Counted from the first letter of the stretch, positions 1 through 14,900 are shown. The stretch is 64,000 bases of DNA from Tubulanus polymorphus (GCF_964204645.1 NC_134033.1:2500131-2564130); one strand, 5' to 3'. Numbers and translations are program-made. The notes: a model not told the origin generated them from the letters alone.

Positions 1-68
1 AGAAAACCTGGCGGTAGGCGCGGGGGTGGCGGTATATGGGAGGGCGGTATATCGGGGGTTCGCTGTAT
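1..68. mobile_element. Right end of a probable Tc1/mariner-pogo-type non-autonomous element, truncated by the window edge
   Basis: Ends in ...GGCGGTATATCGGGGGTTCGCTG|TA, a CTG-TA terminus with GGCGGTATAT subterminal repeats. Only one end is visible. Confidence 0.35.
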
Positions 69-1332
69 ACCTAACGCGATCTCTTCAATTTCGATGTGGT
101 TAAAGATTTGCATAGTTTACGTTTAAGACACTCACTGATTCAAATTTGACCTGTAATTAGGGTATACAAATCAACGACTGACACAAGACTATGAACGTGT
201 GCATGTTCTATGAACCATCCATAGGGTCAAGGCCAAGAGACAGAACAATATATACACAGCCTAATAAGGAAAACGACATCTCGAAAATTTCGGTTTCCAA
301 GATGTTCATATTCTTAACAAAAGATTTCCAGAAATTTTCACGTTTTTGTTTCACATTTGTTCGCATCCCTGTTTTAGTGTAATGTCCACGGAAAATTCAC
401 GTTATGAGACATTATTGAAAATCATCGGCAAGTTATGAGGCATTTATTAAAAATCATTGGCAAATTAAACCAATCCGATGAAGAAATCTCCATATTATTT
501 TTTCTCTTGTGGAAAATAGATATTTTCTGATGCATTTAGAATGGATCTCGTTGAATAACGATAATAACGATAATTCTTTACTTATCACAATGAAAATAAT
601 TATTATACATATATATTGAACTCTACAAAAGCATTTGATGATACCCGAGAAGCTACTCGAGTTTTTTTTTCAGTCAGTAGAAAAAGTACACGGCAGCAGG
701 GTCCATGGGGCCAAGGTTTAAGCCCTAAATCGAATAGTAGTAGCGGGAACAATTTAGGGGCTCAAACCTTTTTTCCGCCGCGATTTCTCGGTTTTAGTTC
801 GTGCTGATTATAAAAATCTAAAGAATTCAAACCATTTTGAAAATGTTTTTGGCCCCGAATTGCGGCCGCATATCACATATTTGCTCGTAGCTAGGCTCAA
901 TGCCACCCTGTACACCGGTTCAATGCGTCTTCGTCGAGATATGACCGACACTTTGGTGATAATCTCATCTTCAAGCGGGCGCATGAGCGACCGAAATGGA
1001 AATCTAAAAAAAAAGACAAAAACAGAAAATTTGAATGAAAGTTTTGTACGAGTTTGAATTCATGTATAATTTGCACGTCGATGTCAAATAAAGTATTTCC
1101 GTATGCAATGTGTTCTGATTGGTCGATTGAAGTTAAGATATCTGAAATTCTGGCCAATCGGAGTGGTGTTTGCATACTGAAAACATAGCTCTGATTGGCC
1201 GATTAACTGATAAACGGGTTCGATGCTGATGGACTAGATGTGCGAGTTGAGATTTGACTCCTTATAGTAAACCTAATAATAATATCAAAAATGAATTAAT
1301 CTAAACTTGGAGTTAACTTAAACTCACAACCC

Positions 1333-1443
1333 TGGACGCAGTTCCACATTGTGAGTTAGAGTTAACTCCTAGTTTGAATTAGTTCATTCTCAATGAGTTA
1401 ACTCCGAGTTAAATCTTCAACTCAGAACAGTGTAACTGGGACC
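1333..1443. mobile_element. Short MITE, family A (about 110 bp, about 35-bp imperfect TIRs)
   Basis: Left end GGACGCAGTTCCACATTGTGAGTTAGAGTTAACTC. The reverse complement of the right end is GGTCCCAGTTACACTGTTCTGAGTTGAAGATTTAACTC. Related copies at 43135-43390, 47206-47313 and 48030-48127. Confidence 0.6.
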
Positions 1444-1850
1444 TTGGGAATTGGATCCCGTGGTTACACAGATTGGACACATCAGATTTAATCAAGTTAC
1501 GAACCGGTTTCAGACTCGCTATTTAACTTACTACGGATTACGACAGTATAACTGCTGTACTCTGTGGATTCCATAAGGCTCTGGTTCAACTAGGGGCCTG
1601 TCAATCTTCAGCTTTAAACAGAATGAAATTGATTTTGAAAACAAAACTGTAACTGTGCAGTAGGTATGTTTAAAGGTCAGTGAATTCATTATTGTCGAGC
1701 CAACTTTGGAAACGATATGATGAAATAAGATAAGGTGAAATAAAATAATATACAGGCTGAGTCTCTTGACTGGGACATACCACGAGGTCTAAGAATACAA
1801 TTACAACTACTGAATAACTTCACAAACTCAGTGATATCACTGTAGAATTC

Positions 1851-2300
1851 GCCACCATAAACCCCCTATGACGTAATCACTGCAACTATCCACCTCAATA
1901 AACCCCCTATGACCTCATCACTGTGACTATTCACCTCCATAAACCCCCTATGATGTCCACAACGTAACTATGCACCTCAATAAACCCCATATGATATCAT
2001 CGCTGTAACTAATCACCTCCATAAACCCCCTACGACGTCATCAACGTAACTGTCCACCTCCATAAACCCCCTGGCCCTGACGTCATCACTGTGACTATCC
2101 ACCTCCATAAATCCCCTATGATGTCCACAACGTAACTATGCACCTCAATAAACCCCATATGATATCATCGCTGTAACTAATCACCTCCATAAACCCCCTA
2201 CGACGTCATCAACGTAACTATCCACCTCAATAAACCCCCTGGCCCTGACGTCATCACTGTGACTATCCACCTCCATAAATCCCCTATGACATCATCACTT
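1851..2300. repeat. About 41-bp minisatellite (about 11 units) with a 168-bp higher-order duplication
   Basis: Unit is approximately CCACCTCCATAAACCCCCTATGACGTCATCACTGTAACTAT. The four-unit block starting at 1932 recurs at 2100. Confidence 0.9.
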
Positions 2301-2384
2301 GAATTGGTCACATACAAATTGGCTATTTACCGTTCACCCTATCTTTACGACGTTGCCAGTATTTGTATTTGGCATGAAACTCGA

Positions 2385-2978
2385 TTAGATAGAAGCGCCA
2401 CCTACCGTGGGAAATGTTGGCAAGCTGGCAAGGTTAAGGTCGAAATATCCGTTGGTCTCGTCGTCTACGAAATCCACCGAACCATAACGAGGCGGCGCCG
2501 AAATAGCCTCGCTTTCATCGAAGGAAGGAGATATCTGTGCAGACGAAAAGAAAACAATATATTCTGTATTTTCGAATCCTTTCTTTGTGTTAATGCCAAT
2601 ATTCTCCGAATTCGGAATGTTTTTCAATGACTTTTGTATACGGTCCCGCATGTATGTTACGGTGGTAAACCGCCATCTTATTTTCACTGTAGATAACGTT
2701 ACGATTAAGCCTGCCTAGAATTTTATTAAAAGTTAAAATGAATTGCTTGAATTGAATTTCCACTATGTATTTAGGATACACAATCCTATACGCCTTGTAA
2801 CGACGGAACCCCGGCCTTTGAAGTGTGTCACCGGCACACGCATTTAAGGAATCTTACCCCGTCCCCCCAACTACTTTGGGACGGTGCCGAATGTATATCT
2901 TCGTTGCTTAAAACATGTCCTCCTCGCGTCGACCCGACCGCCACTTCGCCGGTTGTCATTCGCCGCCGATTCTTCCGA
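2385..2978 (-). CDS. Mucin cytoplasmic-tail exons (2978-2858 and 2534-2385)
   Basis: Translate as RKNRRRMTTGEVAVG...SSWGDG / ISPSFDESEAISAPPRYGSVDFVDDETNGYFDLNLASLPTFPTVGGASI*. Both follow polypyrimidine-AG acceptors and are in phase. Confidence 0.8.
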
Positions 2979-5900
2979 CTAAAATCAAGCGAAAAACATA
3001 AGTACATAATGTACCAAACATAGTAAACCTGTGATTGATGTGTACTACTTTGAGGAGGGTGTGGCCGAGTTGATTTGAGCGATCAAATCTGGGAAGCCAG
3101 TTCGTGGGTTCGACCCCCGTGCGTTATCGTAGCGTCCTCGGGCAAGACACTTATCTTCATTGCCTCTCTCTTCACCCACGAGTAGATGGGTCTGATAGAT
3201 GACTCCTAAGCGCTTAGTAGCTGCACGATGTTACTTTTCCTCATAGAGAGATGACTGATAAATGGTTATCGTTATAGGCTGGGGGTAATCATAAAAGATT
3301 TAATGGAAAGCAATGTTGAACGTTGAATCTCAGTGAAAAGGGCGCTATAGAAATTAAATTACTAAACTACTAAATCACTCAGTTTTCGAACCCATGAGCA
3401 CCACATTCTAATTGGTTTTATATTGGATGATCTTAAATTGGTCTCCGAAGCCATCGCTATGGAAGTAGTTGCTGAATTGCTAAACTCAATCCTCTTTCTT
3501 TTCATTTTCCAAATGTTTATCAACCTCAAAACTAAATTACGCAAAATTTTGATCCAGTAAAATGTAGAAGGAATTCGAAAATGTTTGAGTTCTTTTCGAA
3601 TTTCAAGTTTAAAAGTACGTACAAATTATTGACGCGATATCTACTCACATGTCGTCGATCGAAAAGAGACGCGACTGACGTCTCATACAACACAGTAATA
3701 TTACCGCTATAACGATAAACAATATAAGACACCCGGCCAATGACAGGCCGATGATCACGCCAACTGTCGACGCGCTTCCGAACAGCGTCGCGCTCGTTTC
3801 ACAACGCGTACCGGAATAGCCATCCGAACAACTGGAAAAACGAAATTAGAAATTATCGAATCTAGATATGATGATTGTATGTACTCGGTATAGAATTATC
3901 ATTTCGAAATAATGCGGCGACTAATGCCTGAATTGCTTACACGAATATGGCAAAAAGAAATGCAATAAAGATGAAACAAATCAGTGTTGTATGAAATTGC
4001 CAGAAACCTCCAATAAACGGTGATTCGGCAATTAGGTGAAATGCTTTCTTTTAAGGATAGTCTTCAAATAAAGACAAATGGCACTTTGGAGGTTAACTTG
4101 AAATTTACGAGCTTTCGCTACTAATGTATAGATTAGCTTCATCGGATAAATGACGAAGCTGATATTCACTATAAGTAGCGAAATCTCATACTTTGAATGA
4201 ATCTAATTAACCTTTGAAGTACTATTTGTCTTAACTTTTACTGATTCGAACCCGCGTTAACACTGCTTCTCAACACATCGCCTCACATACCTGCAGACGG
4301 GCGTATTGTTTGTTATCTGGCATATTCCGTTGTTTCCACACTTGAAGTCGAGGCACTTTGACCGACAGAGCGCTCGAAACGTCCCCGGAGTCGTTACGAA
4401 ACAGTTGTAGCCGTACGGACATATATCGATGACGGCACACGGCTGAGCTTGACTCGCCAAACCTGCAACGAATGTTGGTATATTCTTCAATTTTTTAGAT
4501 CCGAGATATTTTCAGCCACACGTTTATTCGATGCGGTAACGTAAAAAACGCCGCATTCAGACATGGCACACTCGGACGCACACAAACAAAAGTGGATAGT
4601 TTTCCCAGATAAAGTCTTTTTTATGTTTAAACGAAAAATGAATTCATGAAAATTTGTGGATTGCCTACAGTAATTTCTGGCAGACGCCGGCACCGCTACC
4701 GATAAAGATTTCAAACTAGGTTAGCTTTATCAATAATATGATTGATATCATTATCAGAAATTTTCTTTTTTTGAGGGGGAGGGGGTGCGGCCGAGACCCG
4801 CCACAATTCCCCTTGGATCTACCCTTACAGTGCCCTAAGACGCGACAGCAACAAAGTCAACGGTCGGATCAACCTTAAAAGGGGGCTGGATCCATGTCAC
4901 AGAATGAAAACCGACCGAATATTGTCCAGGCTGACGTCAAAGCTACAGCATCCTGTATTGTGAACGTACCTAAATTCTGGTTAAGGTTCGCTTGGTAATT
5001 CAAGAAAAAGCCCGAAAGAGTAGCGTTCGGAACACCGAACAAGGGTTTTACGACGTTCACGTAGAACTGAGCGCCGGCGTTGTAAGTCGGGTCGGTCTGG
5101 GATTTCTGAGCTAAAACTTCGGCGTCGTACAAAACGTTGACGTCGACAATCGTGGAGCCGTTTCTGTAAAAAGAATTAGAAATTGAATGTTCGTCGAGGA
5201 AACCCGGAATTCATGTTGTTGCACTTGAACTACCGCTTGAACTTGAAAAATACACAAAATGGGGTACCCGCAGTGTTATTGTGGCAATCGAGGATTCCAC
5301 GTATGGCAGGCGAGGATCCGCCAGGTTCGCTAGTAGATGGTTGGTCGCCCCTGTTCGATTTCTACTACATCGCGATTAAAATTGAATTTCTCTCTCAAAT
5401 AAATTATGAAAACTAAACCCATATCCGAGGAATAAAATGATTGTATATTTTGTGGATGCTGCGATGATATATGGATCCGGGAGTCTAAAATCCAGTTCAA
5501 TGTTCATCGAAAATGAACTAATTTTGACAACGGGCGACCTTCTGCTCGTCACGCCATCTGGTGGCATACCCGGACTTGCGATTTATGTTGACAAAAAGTA
5601 AAAAACAATAACCTTAACGCTCTGTCCGTATTTGAAGCGTTAATAGAAGATAAATGAAAAATGATAACTAAGTTACAGGAAGTCAATCTTCCATCAAAGC
5701 AAGATGCTTTAACTCTTTGTGGGGAACAGGTTGCATAATACGATCTTAAGTATTCGAAAAACGTTCAAAATTTATTAGAAAAAAGCCTCAGACCTCAAAC
5801 CGATGATTCCGACGCCCTTGTAACCTAGGATATTTCGTGAGCTCAGCTTTTGTTCCAACTGAAAATGAGAGAGAAGAAAAGAAACAATCAAAATGAATCA

Positions 5901-8900
5901 TATACTCATCAAGGATGAAACGTGATGTATACTCGACAAGGATTTTAAGAGAAATATAATACTGACCGCTAGTTTGATTTTCCGCACAAACGCTTGATAT
6001 GCATTAGATTTAGGATTGTTGAAAGCTGGAATGAACGTCGTCAGTAGAGTAAGCGATATCTTTATCGGCAGCGTTTTGTTCACTGTAAAAAGCAAACGAT
6101 CAAAAAAAAGCACGATGTGAAAAAATAGTGATGTAAGAAAGCATTGATATTTCTCAAACGAAAAGAAAGATGTACTAACCAAAGTTGGGTATAGGGCTAG
6201 CGAGAGCTGTAGAAACGGTGTACACTTGTGAATGAGTTGTCAGGGATGCTGTTACAGTAGTCGCAGACGCATTATTGCCTGTAGTTCCACTTGTTGGTGG
6301 TACAGTACTGCCTGTTGTTCCACTAGTTGAAGATACAGTACTCCCTGTTGTTCCACTAGTTGGGGAAACAGTACTCCCTGTTGTTCCACTAGTTGGGGAA
6401 ACAGTACTGCCTGTTGTTCCACTAGTTGGGGAAACCGTACTCCCTGTTGTTCCACTAGTTGAGGACATCGTATTGCCTGATGTTCCAGTAGTTGAAGATA
6501 CAGTACTGCCTGCTGTTGCACTAGTTGAGGAAACAGTACTGCCTGTTGTTCCACTAGTTGAAGATACAGTACTGCCTGTTGTTCCACTAGTTGCGGACAC
6601 AGTACTGCCTGTTGTTCCACTAGTTGGTGATACAGTGCTGCCTGTTGTTCCACTAGTTGGTGATATAGTACTGCCTGCTGTTCCACTAGTTGATGACACA
6701 GTACTGCCTGCTGTTGCACTAGTTGAGGAAACAGTACTGCCTGTTGTTCCACTAGTTGAAGATACAGTACTGCCTGTTGTTCCACTAGTTGGTGATATAG
6801 TACTGCCTGCTGTTCCACTAGTTGAGGAAACAGTACTCCCTGTTGTTCCACTAGTTGGGGAAACAGTACTGCCTGTTGTTCCACTAGTTGGGGAAACAGT
6901 ACTCCCTGTTGTTCCACTAGTTGAGGACATCGTACTGCCTGATGTTCCAGTAGTTGAAGATACAGTACTGCCTGCAGTTGCACTAGTTGAGGAAACAGTA
7001 CTGCCTGATGTGCCACTAGTTGAGGACACAGTACTGCCTGTTGTTCCACTAGTTGAAGATACAGTACTGCCTGTTGTTCCACTAGTTGCGGACACAGTAC
7101 TGCCTGTTGTTCCACTAGTTGGTGATATAGTACTGCCTGCTGTTGCACTAGTTGAGGAAACAGTACTGCCTGTTGTTCCACTAGTTGAAGATACAGTACT
7201 GCCTGTTGTTCCACTAGTTGGTGATATAGTACTGCCTGCTGTTCCACTAGTTGAGGATACAATACTGCCTGTTGTTCCACTAGTTGGGGAAACAGTACTC
7301 CCTGTTGTTCCACTAGTTGGGGAAACAGTACTGCCTGTTGTTCCACTAGTTGGGGAAACAGTACTCCCTGTTATTCCACTAGTTGAGGATATCGTACTGC
7401 CTGATGTTCCAGTAGTTGAAGATACAGTACTGCCTGCTGTTGCACTAGTTGAGGAAACAGTACTGCCTGTTGTTCCACTAGTTGAAGATACAGTACTGCC
7501 TGTTGTTCCACTAGTTGCGGACACAGTACTGCCTGTTGTTCCACTAGTTGGTGATATAGTACTGCCTGCTGTTGCACTAGTTGAGGAAACAGTACTGCCT
7601 GTTGTTCCACTAGTTGAAGATACAGTACTGCCTGTTGTTCCACTAGTTGGTGATATAGCACTGCCTGCTGTTCCACTAGTTGAGGAAACAGTACTCCCAG
7701 TTGTTCCACTAGTTGCGGACACAGAACTGCCTGTTGTTCCACTAGTTGAGGATACAGTACTGCCTGTTGTTCCACTAGTTGAGGATACAGTACTGCCTGT
7801 TGTTGCACTAGTTGGGGACACAGTACTGCCTGTTGTTCCACTAGTTGAAGATACTGTACTGCCTGCTGTTCCACTAGTTGCGGACACAGTACTGCCTGTT
7901 GTTCCACTAGTTGGTGATATAGTACTGCCTGCTGTTGCACTAGTTGAGGAAACAGTACTGCCTGTTGTTCCACTAGTTGAAGATACAGTACTGCCTGTTG
8001 TTCCACTAGTTTGTGATATAGTACTGCCTGCTGTTCCACTAGTTGAGGAAAAAGTACTCCCTGTTGTTCCACTAGTTGGGGAAACAGTTCTGCCTGTTGT
8101 TCCACTAGTTGGGGAAACAGTACTCCCTGTTGTTCCACTAGTTGAGGACATCGTACTGCCTGATGTTCCAGTAGTTGAAGATACAGTACTGCCTGCAGTT
8201 GCACTAGTTGAGGAAACAGTACTGCCTGTTGTGCCACTAGTTGAGGACACAGTACTGCCTGTTGTTCCACTAGTTGAAGATACAGTACTGCCTGTTGTTC
8301 CACTAGTTGAAGATACAGTACTGCCTGTTGTTCCACTAGTTGAAGATACAGTACTGCCTGTTGTTCCACTAGTTGCGGACACAGTACTGCCTGTTGTTCC
8401 ACTAGTTGAAGACACAGTACTGCCTACTGTTGCACTAGTTGAGGAAACAGTACTGCCTGTTGTTCCACTAGTTGAGGACACAGTACTGCCTGTTGTTCCA
8501 CTAGTTGAAGATACAGTACTGCCTGTTGTTCCACTAGTTGCGGACACAGTACTGCCTGTTGTTCCACTAGTTGGTGATATAGTACTGCCTGCTGTTGCAC
8601 TAGTTGAGGAAACAGTACTGCCTGTTGTTCCACTAGTTGAAGATACAGTACTGCCTGTTGTTCCACTAGTTGGTGATATAGTACTGCCTGCTGTTCCACT
8701 AGTTGAGGATACAGTACTGCCTGTTGTTCCACTAGTTGGGGAAACAGTACTCCCTGTTGTTCCACTAGTTGGGGAAACAGTACTGCCTGTTGTTCCACTA
8801 GTTGGGGAAACAGTACTCCCTGTTATTCCACTAGTTGAGGACATCGTACTGCCTGATGTTCCAGTAGTTGGAGATACAGTACTGCCTGCTGTTGCACTAG

Positions 8901-11900
8901 TTGAGGAAACAGTACTGCCTGTTGTTCCACTAGTTGAAGATACAGTACTGCCTGTTGTTCCACTAGTTGCGGACACAGTACTGCCTGTTGTTCCACTAGT
9001 TGGTGATATAGTACTGCCTGCTGTTGCACTAGTTGAGGAAACAGTACTGCCTGTTGTTCCACTAGTTGAAGATACAGTACTGCCTGTTGTTCCACTAGTT
9101 GCGGACACAGTACTGCCTGTTGTTCCACTAGTTGAGGATACAGTACTGCCTGTTGTTCCACTAGTTGCGGACACAGAACTGCCTGTTGTTCCACTAGTTG
9201 AGGATACAGTACTGCCTGTTGTTCCACTAGTTGATGATAGAGTACTGCCTGCTGTTGCACTAGTTGAGGACACAGAACTGCCTGTTGTTGCACTAGTTGG
9301 GGACACAGTACTGCCTGTTGTTCCACTAGTTGAAGATACTGTACTGCCTGCTGTTGCACTAGTTGAGGACACAGTACTGCCTGTTGTTCCACTAGTTGAG
9401 GACACAGTACTGCCTGTTGTTCCAGTAGTTGAGGATACAGTACTGCCTATTGTTCCACTCGTTGATGATACAGTACTACCTGATCTTCCACTAGTTGAGG
9501 ACCCAGGACTGCCTGTTGTTCCACTAGTGAATGATACAGTACTGCCTGTTGTTCCACTAGTCGGGGACACAGTACCGCCGGTTGTTCTACTTGTTGGGGA
9601 CACTGTACTCCTTGATGATGTTGCACTAGTTGAGGATACAGGACTGCCTGTTGTTCCACTCGTTGATGATACAGTACTACCTGATCTTCCACTAGTTGAG
9701 GACCCAGGACTGCCTGATGTTCCACTAGTTGAAGACAAAGTACTGCCTGTTGTTCCACTAGTCGGGGACACAGTACCGCCGGTTGTTCTACTTGTTGGGG
9801 ACACTGTACTCCTTGATGATGTTGCACTAGTTGAGGATACAGGACTGCCTGTTGTTCCACTCGTTGATGATACAGTACTACCTGATCTTCCACTAGTTGA
9901 GGACCCAGGACTGCCTGATGTTCCACTAGTTGAGGACAAAGTACTGCCTGTTGTTCCACTAGTTGGGGATACAGTACTGCCTGATGTTCCACTAGTTGAG
10001 GATACAGTACTGCCTGATGTTCCACTAGTTGAGGACACAGTACTGCCGGTTGTTCTACTTGTTGGGGACACTGTACTCCTTGATGATGTTGCACTAGTTG
10101 AGGATACAGGACTGCCCATTGTTCCACTAGATGGAGATACAGTACTGCCTGTTGCTCCAGTAGTTGAGGACACAGTACTGCCTGTTGTTCCACTGGTTGG
10201 TGATACTGTGCTGCCTATTGTTCCACTAGTTGGGGACACAGTACTACCTGTTGATCCAGTAGTTGATGACACAGTACTGCCTGATGTTCCACTGGTTGAT
10301 GATACAGTACTGCCTGTTGCTACACTAGTAGCGGACACAGTACTGCCTGTTGTTCCACTGGTAAGTGATACAGTACTGCCTGTTGTTCCACTAGTTGACG
10401 ACACAGAACTGCCTGTTGTTCCACTGGTTGGTGATACAGTGCTGCCTATTGTTCCACTAGTTGGGGATACAGTACTGCCTGTTGTTCCACTAGTTGACGA
10501 CACAGAACTGCCTGTTGTTCCACTGGTTGGTGATACAGTGCTGCCTATTGTTCCACTAGTTGGGGATACAGTACTGCCTGTTGTTCCACTAGTTGACGAC
10601 ACAGAACTGCCTGTTGTTTCACTGGTTGGTGATACAGTGCTGCCTATTGTTCCTCTAGTTAAGGACACAGTACTACCTGTTGTTCCACTCGTTGAGGATA
10701 CAGTACTGCCTGTAGTTCCACTAGTTGAGGATACAGTACTCCTTGATGTTGCACTAGTTGAGGAGACAGTACTGCCTGTTATTCCACTAGTTGGGGACAC
10801 AGTACTGCCTGTTGTTCCACTAGTAGGGGACACAGTACTGCCTGTGGTTCCACTAGTTGAGGATACAGTACTGCCTGATGTTCCACTAGTTGGGGATACA
10901 GTACTGCCTGTGGTTCCACTAGTTGGGGACACAGTACCGCCGGTTGTACTACTGGTTGGGGACACAGTACTCCCTGATGTTGCACTAGTTGAGGATACAG
11001 TACTGCCTGATGTTCCACTAGTTGAGGAGAAAGTACTGCCTGATGTTCCACTAGTTGGGGAAACAGTACTGCCTGTTGCTCCACTAGTTAAGGACGCAGT
11101 ATTGCCTGTTGTTCCACTATTTGGGAAAACAGTACTGCCTGTTGTTCCACTAGTTGAAGACAAAGTACTGCCTGTTGTTCCACTGGTTGGTGATACAGTG
11201 CTTCCTTTTTTTCCACTAGTTGAGGACACAGAACTGCTGGTTGTTCCACTAGTTGGCGATACAGTGCTGCTTGATGTTCCACTTTTTGAGGAGACAGAAC
11301 CTCCAGTTGTTCCACTAGTGGAAGACACAGTACTGCCTGTTGTTCCACTAGTTGAGGACACAGTACTGCCTGCTCCACTAGTTGATGACACAATACTGCC
11401 TGTAGTTCCACTAGTTGAGGATACAGTACTGCCTGTTGTTCCACTAGGTGAGGACACAGTACTGCCTGTTGTTCCACTGGTTGGTGATACACTGCTGCCG
11501 GTTGTTCCATTGGGTGGTGATAAGGTACTGCCTGTTGTTCCACTAGTTGGGGACACAGAACTGCCGGTTGTTCCACTAGTTGAGGACACAATACTGCCTG
11601 TTGTTCCACTATTTGGGGACACAATACTGCCTGTTGTTCCACTAGTTGATGACACAGTACTGCCTGTTGTTCCACTAGTTGAGGACACAGTACTGCCGGT
11701 TGTTCCACTAGTTGAGGACACAGTACTGCCTGTTGTTCCACTAGTTGATGACACAGTACTCCCTGTTGTTCCATTAGTTGAGGATACAGTACTGCCTGTT
11801 GTTCCACTGGTCGATGATACAGTACTGCCTGTTGTTCCACTATTTGGGGACACAGTACTGCCTGTTGTTCCACTAGTTGAGGATACAGTACTGCCTGTTG

Positions 11901-14900
11901 TTCCACTAGTTGATGACACAGTACTGCCTGTTGTTCCATTAGTTGAGGATACAGTACTGCCTGTTGTTCCACTGGTCGATGATACAGTACTGCCTGTTGT
12001 TCCACTTGTTGAGGACAAAGTACTGCCTGTTGTTCCACTAGTTGAGGACACAGTACTGCCTGTTGTTTCACTAGTTGAGGACACAGTACTGCCTGTTGTT
12101 CCACTATTTGGGGACACAGTACTGCCTGTTGTTCCACTTGTTGAGGACAAAGTACTGCCTGTTGTTCCACTAGTTGAGGACACAGTACTGCCTGTTGTTC
12201 CACTAGTTGAGGACACAGTACTGCCTGTTGTTTCACTAGTTGAGGACACAGTACTGCCTGTTGTTCCACTATTTGGGGACACAGTACTGCCTGTTGTTCC
12301 ACTTGTTGAGGACAAAGTACTGCCTGTTGTTCCACTAGTTGAGGAAACAGTACTGCCTGTTGTTCCACTAGTTGAGGACACAATACTGCCTGTTGTTCCA
12401 CTAGTTGCGGACACAGTACTGCCTGTTGTTCCACTAGTTGATGACACAGAACTGCCGGTTGTTCCACTGGTTGGTGATACAGTACTGCCTGATGTTCCAC
12501 TAGTTGGGGAAACAGTACTACCTGTTGTTCCACTAGTTGAGGACAGAGTACTGCCTGTTGTTCCACTAGTTGGGGACACAGTACTGCCTGTTGTTCCACT
12601 AGTTCCGGTTACAGAAATGCCTGTTGTTCGACTTGTTGGTGATATAGTGCTGCCGGTTGTTCCACTAGTTGATGATACAGTACTGCCTGTTGTTCCACTA
12701 GTTGAGGACACAGTACTGCCTGTTGTTTCACTAGTTGAGGACACAATACTGCCTGTTGTTCCACTATTTGGGGACACAGTACTGCCTGTTGTTCCACTAG
12801 TTGAGGACACAATACTGCCTGTTGTTCCACTAGTTGGGGACACAGTACTGCCTGTTGTTCCACTAGTCGAGGAAACAGAAATGCCTGTTGTTCCACTCGT
12901 AGATGACACAGAACTGCCTGTTGTTCCACTAGTTGGGGACACAGTACTGCCTGTTGTTCCACTAGTCGAGGAAACAGAAATGCCTGTTGTTCCACTCGTA
13001 GATGACACAGAACTGCCGGTTGTTCCACTAGTTGAGGACACAGTACTGCCTGTTGTTCCACTGGTTGGGGACACAGTACTGCCTGTTGTTCCACTAGTCG
13101 AGGATACACTACTGCTTGTTTTTCCACTAGTTGCGGTTACAGAAATGCCTGTTGTTCCACTAGTTGGTGATATAGTGCTGCCGGTTGTTCCACTAGTTGT
13201 GGACACAGTACTGCCTGTTGTTCCAATAGTTGAAGATATATTGCTGCCTGTTGTTCCACTCGTTGATGACACAGAACTGCCGGTTGTTCCACTGGTTGGT
13301 GATACAGTACTGCCTGTTGTTCCACTAGTTGGGGAAACAGTACTGCCTGTTGTTCCACTAGTAGAGGATACAGTACTGCCTGTTGTTCCACTAGTTGAGG
13401 AAACAGTACTGCCTGTTGTTCCACTAGTCGAGGACACAGTACTGCCTGTTGTTCCACTAGTTGGGGACACAGTACTGCCTGTTGTTCCACTAGTAGAGGA
13501 TACAGTACTGCCTGTTGTTCCACTAGTTGAGGAAACAGTACTGCCTGTTGTTCCACTAGTCGAGGACACAGTACTGCCTGTTGTTCCACTTGTTGAGGAT
13601 ACAGTACTGCCTGTTGTTCCACTAGTTGGGGACACAGTACTGCCTGGTGTTGCACTAGTTGGGGACACAGAACTGCCGGTTGTTCCACTAGTTGAAGATA
13701 TAGTGCTGGCTGTTGTTCCACTCGTTGATGACACAGAACTGCCGGTTGTTCCACTGGTTGGTGATATAGTACTGCCTGGTGTTGCACTAGTTGACGACAC
13801 TGTACTGCCTATTGCTCCAGTAGTTGAGGACACAGAAATTCCTGTTGTTCCACTAGTTGGGGACACAGTACTGCCTGTTGTTCCACTAGTTGCGGTTACA
13901 GAAATGCCTGTTGTCCCACTAGTTGGTGATAAAGTGCTGCCGGTTGTTCCACTAGTTGTGGACACAGTACTGCCTGTTGTTCCACTAGTTGGGGACACAG
14001 TACTGCCTGTTGTTCCACTAGTTGAGGATACAGTACTGCCTGTTGTTCCACTAGTCGAGGAAACTGTACTGCCTGTTGTTCCACTCGTTGATGGCACAGA
14101 ACTGCTGGTTGTTCCACTAGTTGAGGATACAGTACTGCCGGTTTTTCCACTAGTTATGGACTGAGTACTGCCTGTTGTTCCACTAGTTGGGGACACAGTA
14201 CTGCCTGTTGTTCCACTAGTTGCGGTTACAGAAATGCCTGTTGTCCCACTAGTTGGTGATAAAGTGCTGCCGGTTGTTCCACTAGTTGTGGACACAGTAC
14301 TGCCTGTTGTTCCACTAGTTGGGGACACAGTACTGCCTGTTGTTCCACTAGTTGAGGATACAGTACTGCCTGTTGTTCCACTAGTCGAGGAAACTGTACT
14401 GCCTGTTGTTCCACTCGTTGATGGCACAGAACTGCTGGTTGTTCCACTAGTTGAGGATACAGTACTGCCTGTTGTTCCACTAGTTGTGGACACAGTACTG
14501 CCTGTTGTTCCACTAGTTGGGGACACAGTACTGCCTGTTGTTCCACTAGTTGAGGATACAGTACTGCCTGTTGTTCCACTAGTCGAGGAAACAGTACTGC
14601 CTGTTGTTCCACTCGTTGATGGCACAGAACTGCTGGTTGTTCCACTAGTTGAGGATACAGTACTGCCTGTTGTTCCACTAGTTGAGGATACAGTACTCCC
14701 TAATGTTCCCCTAGTTGAGGACACAGTACTGCCTGTTGTTCCACTAGTTGGGGACACAGTACTGCCTGTTGTTCCACTAGTTGAGGATACAGTACTGCCT
14801 GTTGTTCCACTAGTCGAGGAAACAGTACTGCCTGTTGTTCCACTCGTTGATGGCACAGAACTGCTGGTTGTTCCACTAGTTGAGGACACAGTACTGCCTG

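Noticed and set aside
3054-3125. Functional tRNA gene
   Set aside because: A and B boxes are present, but I could not fold a convincing cloverleaf, and the sequence continues into a SINE-type body and tail.
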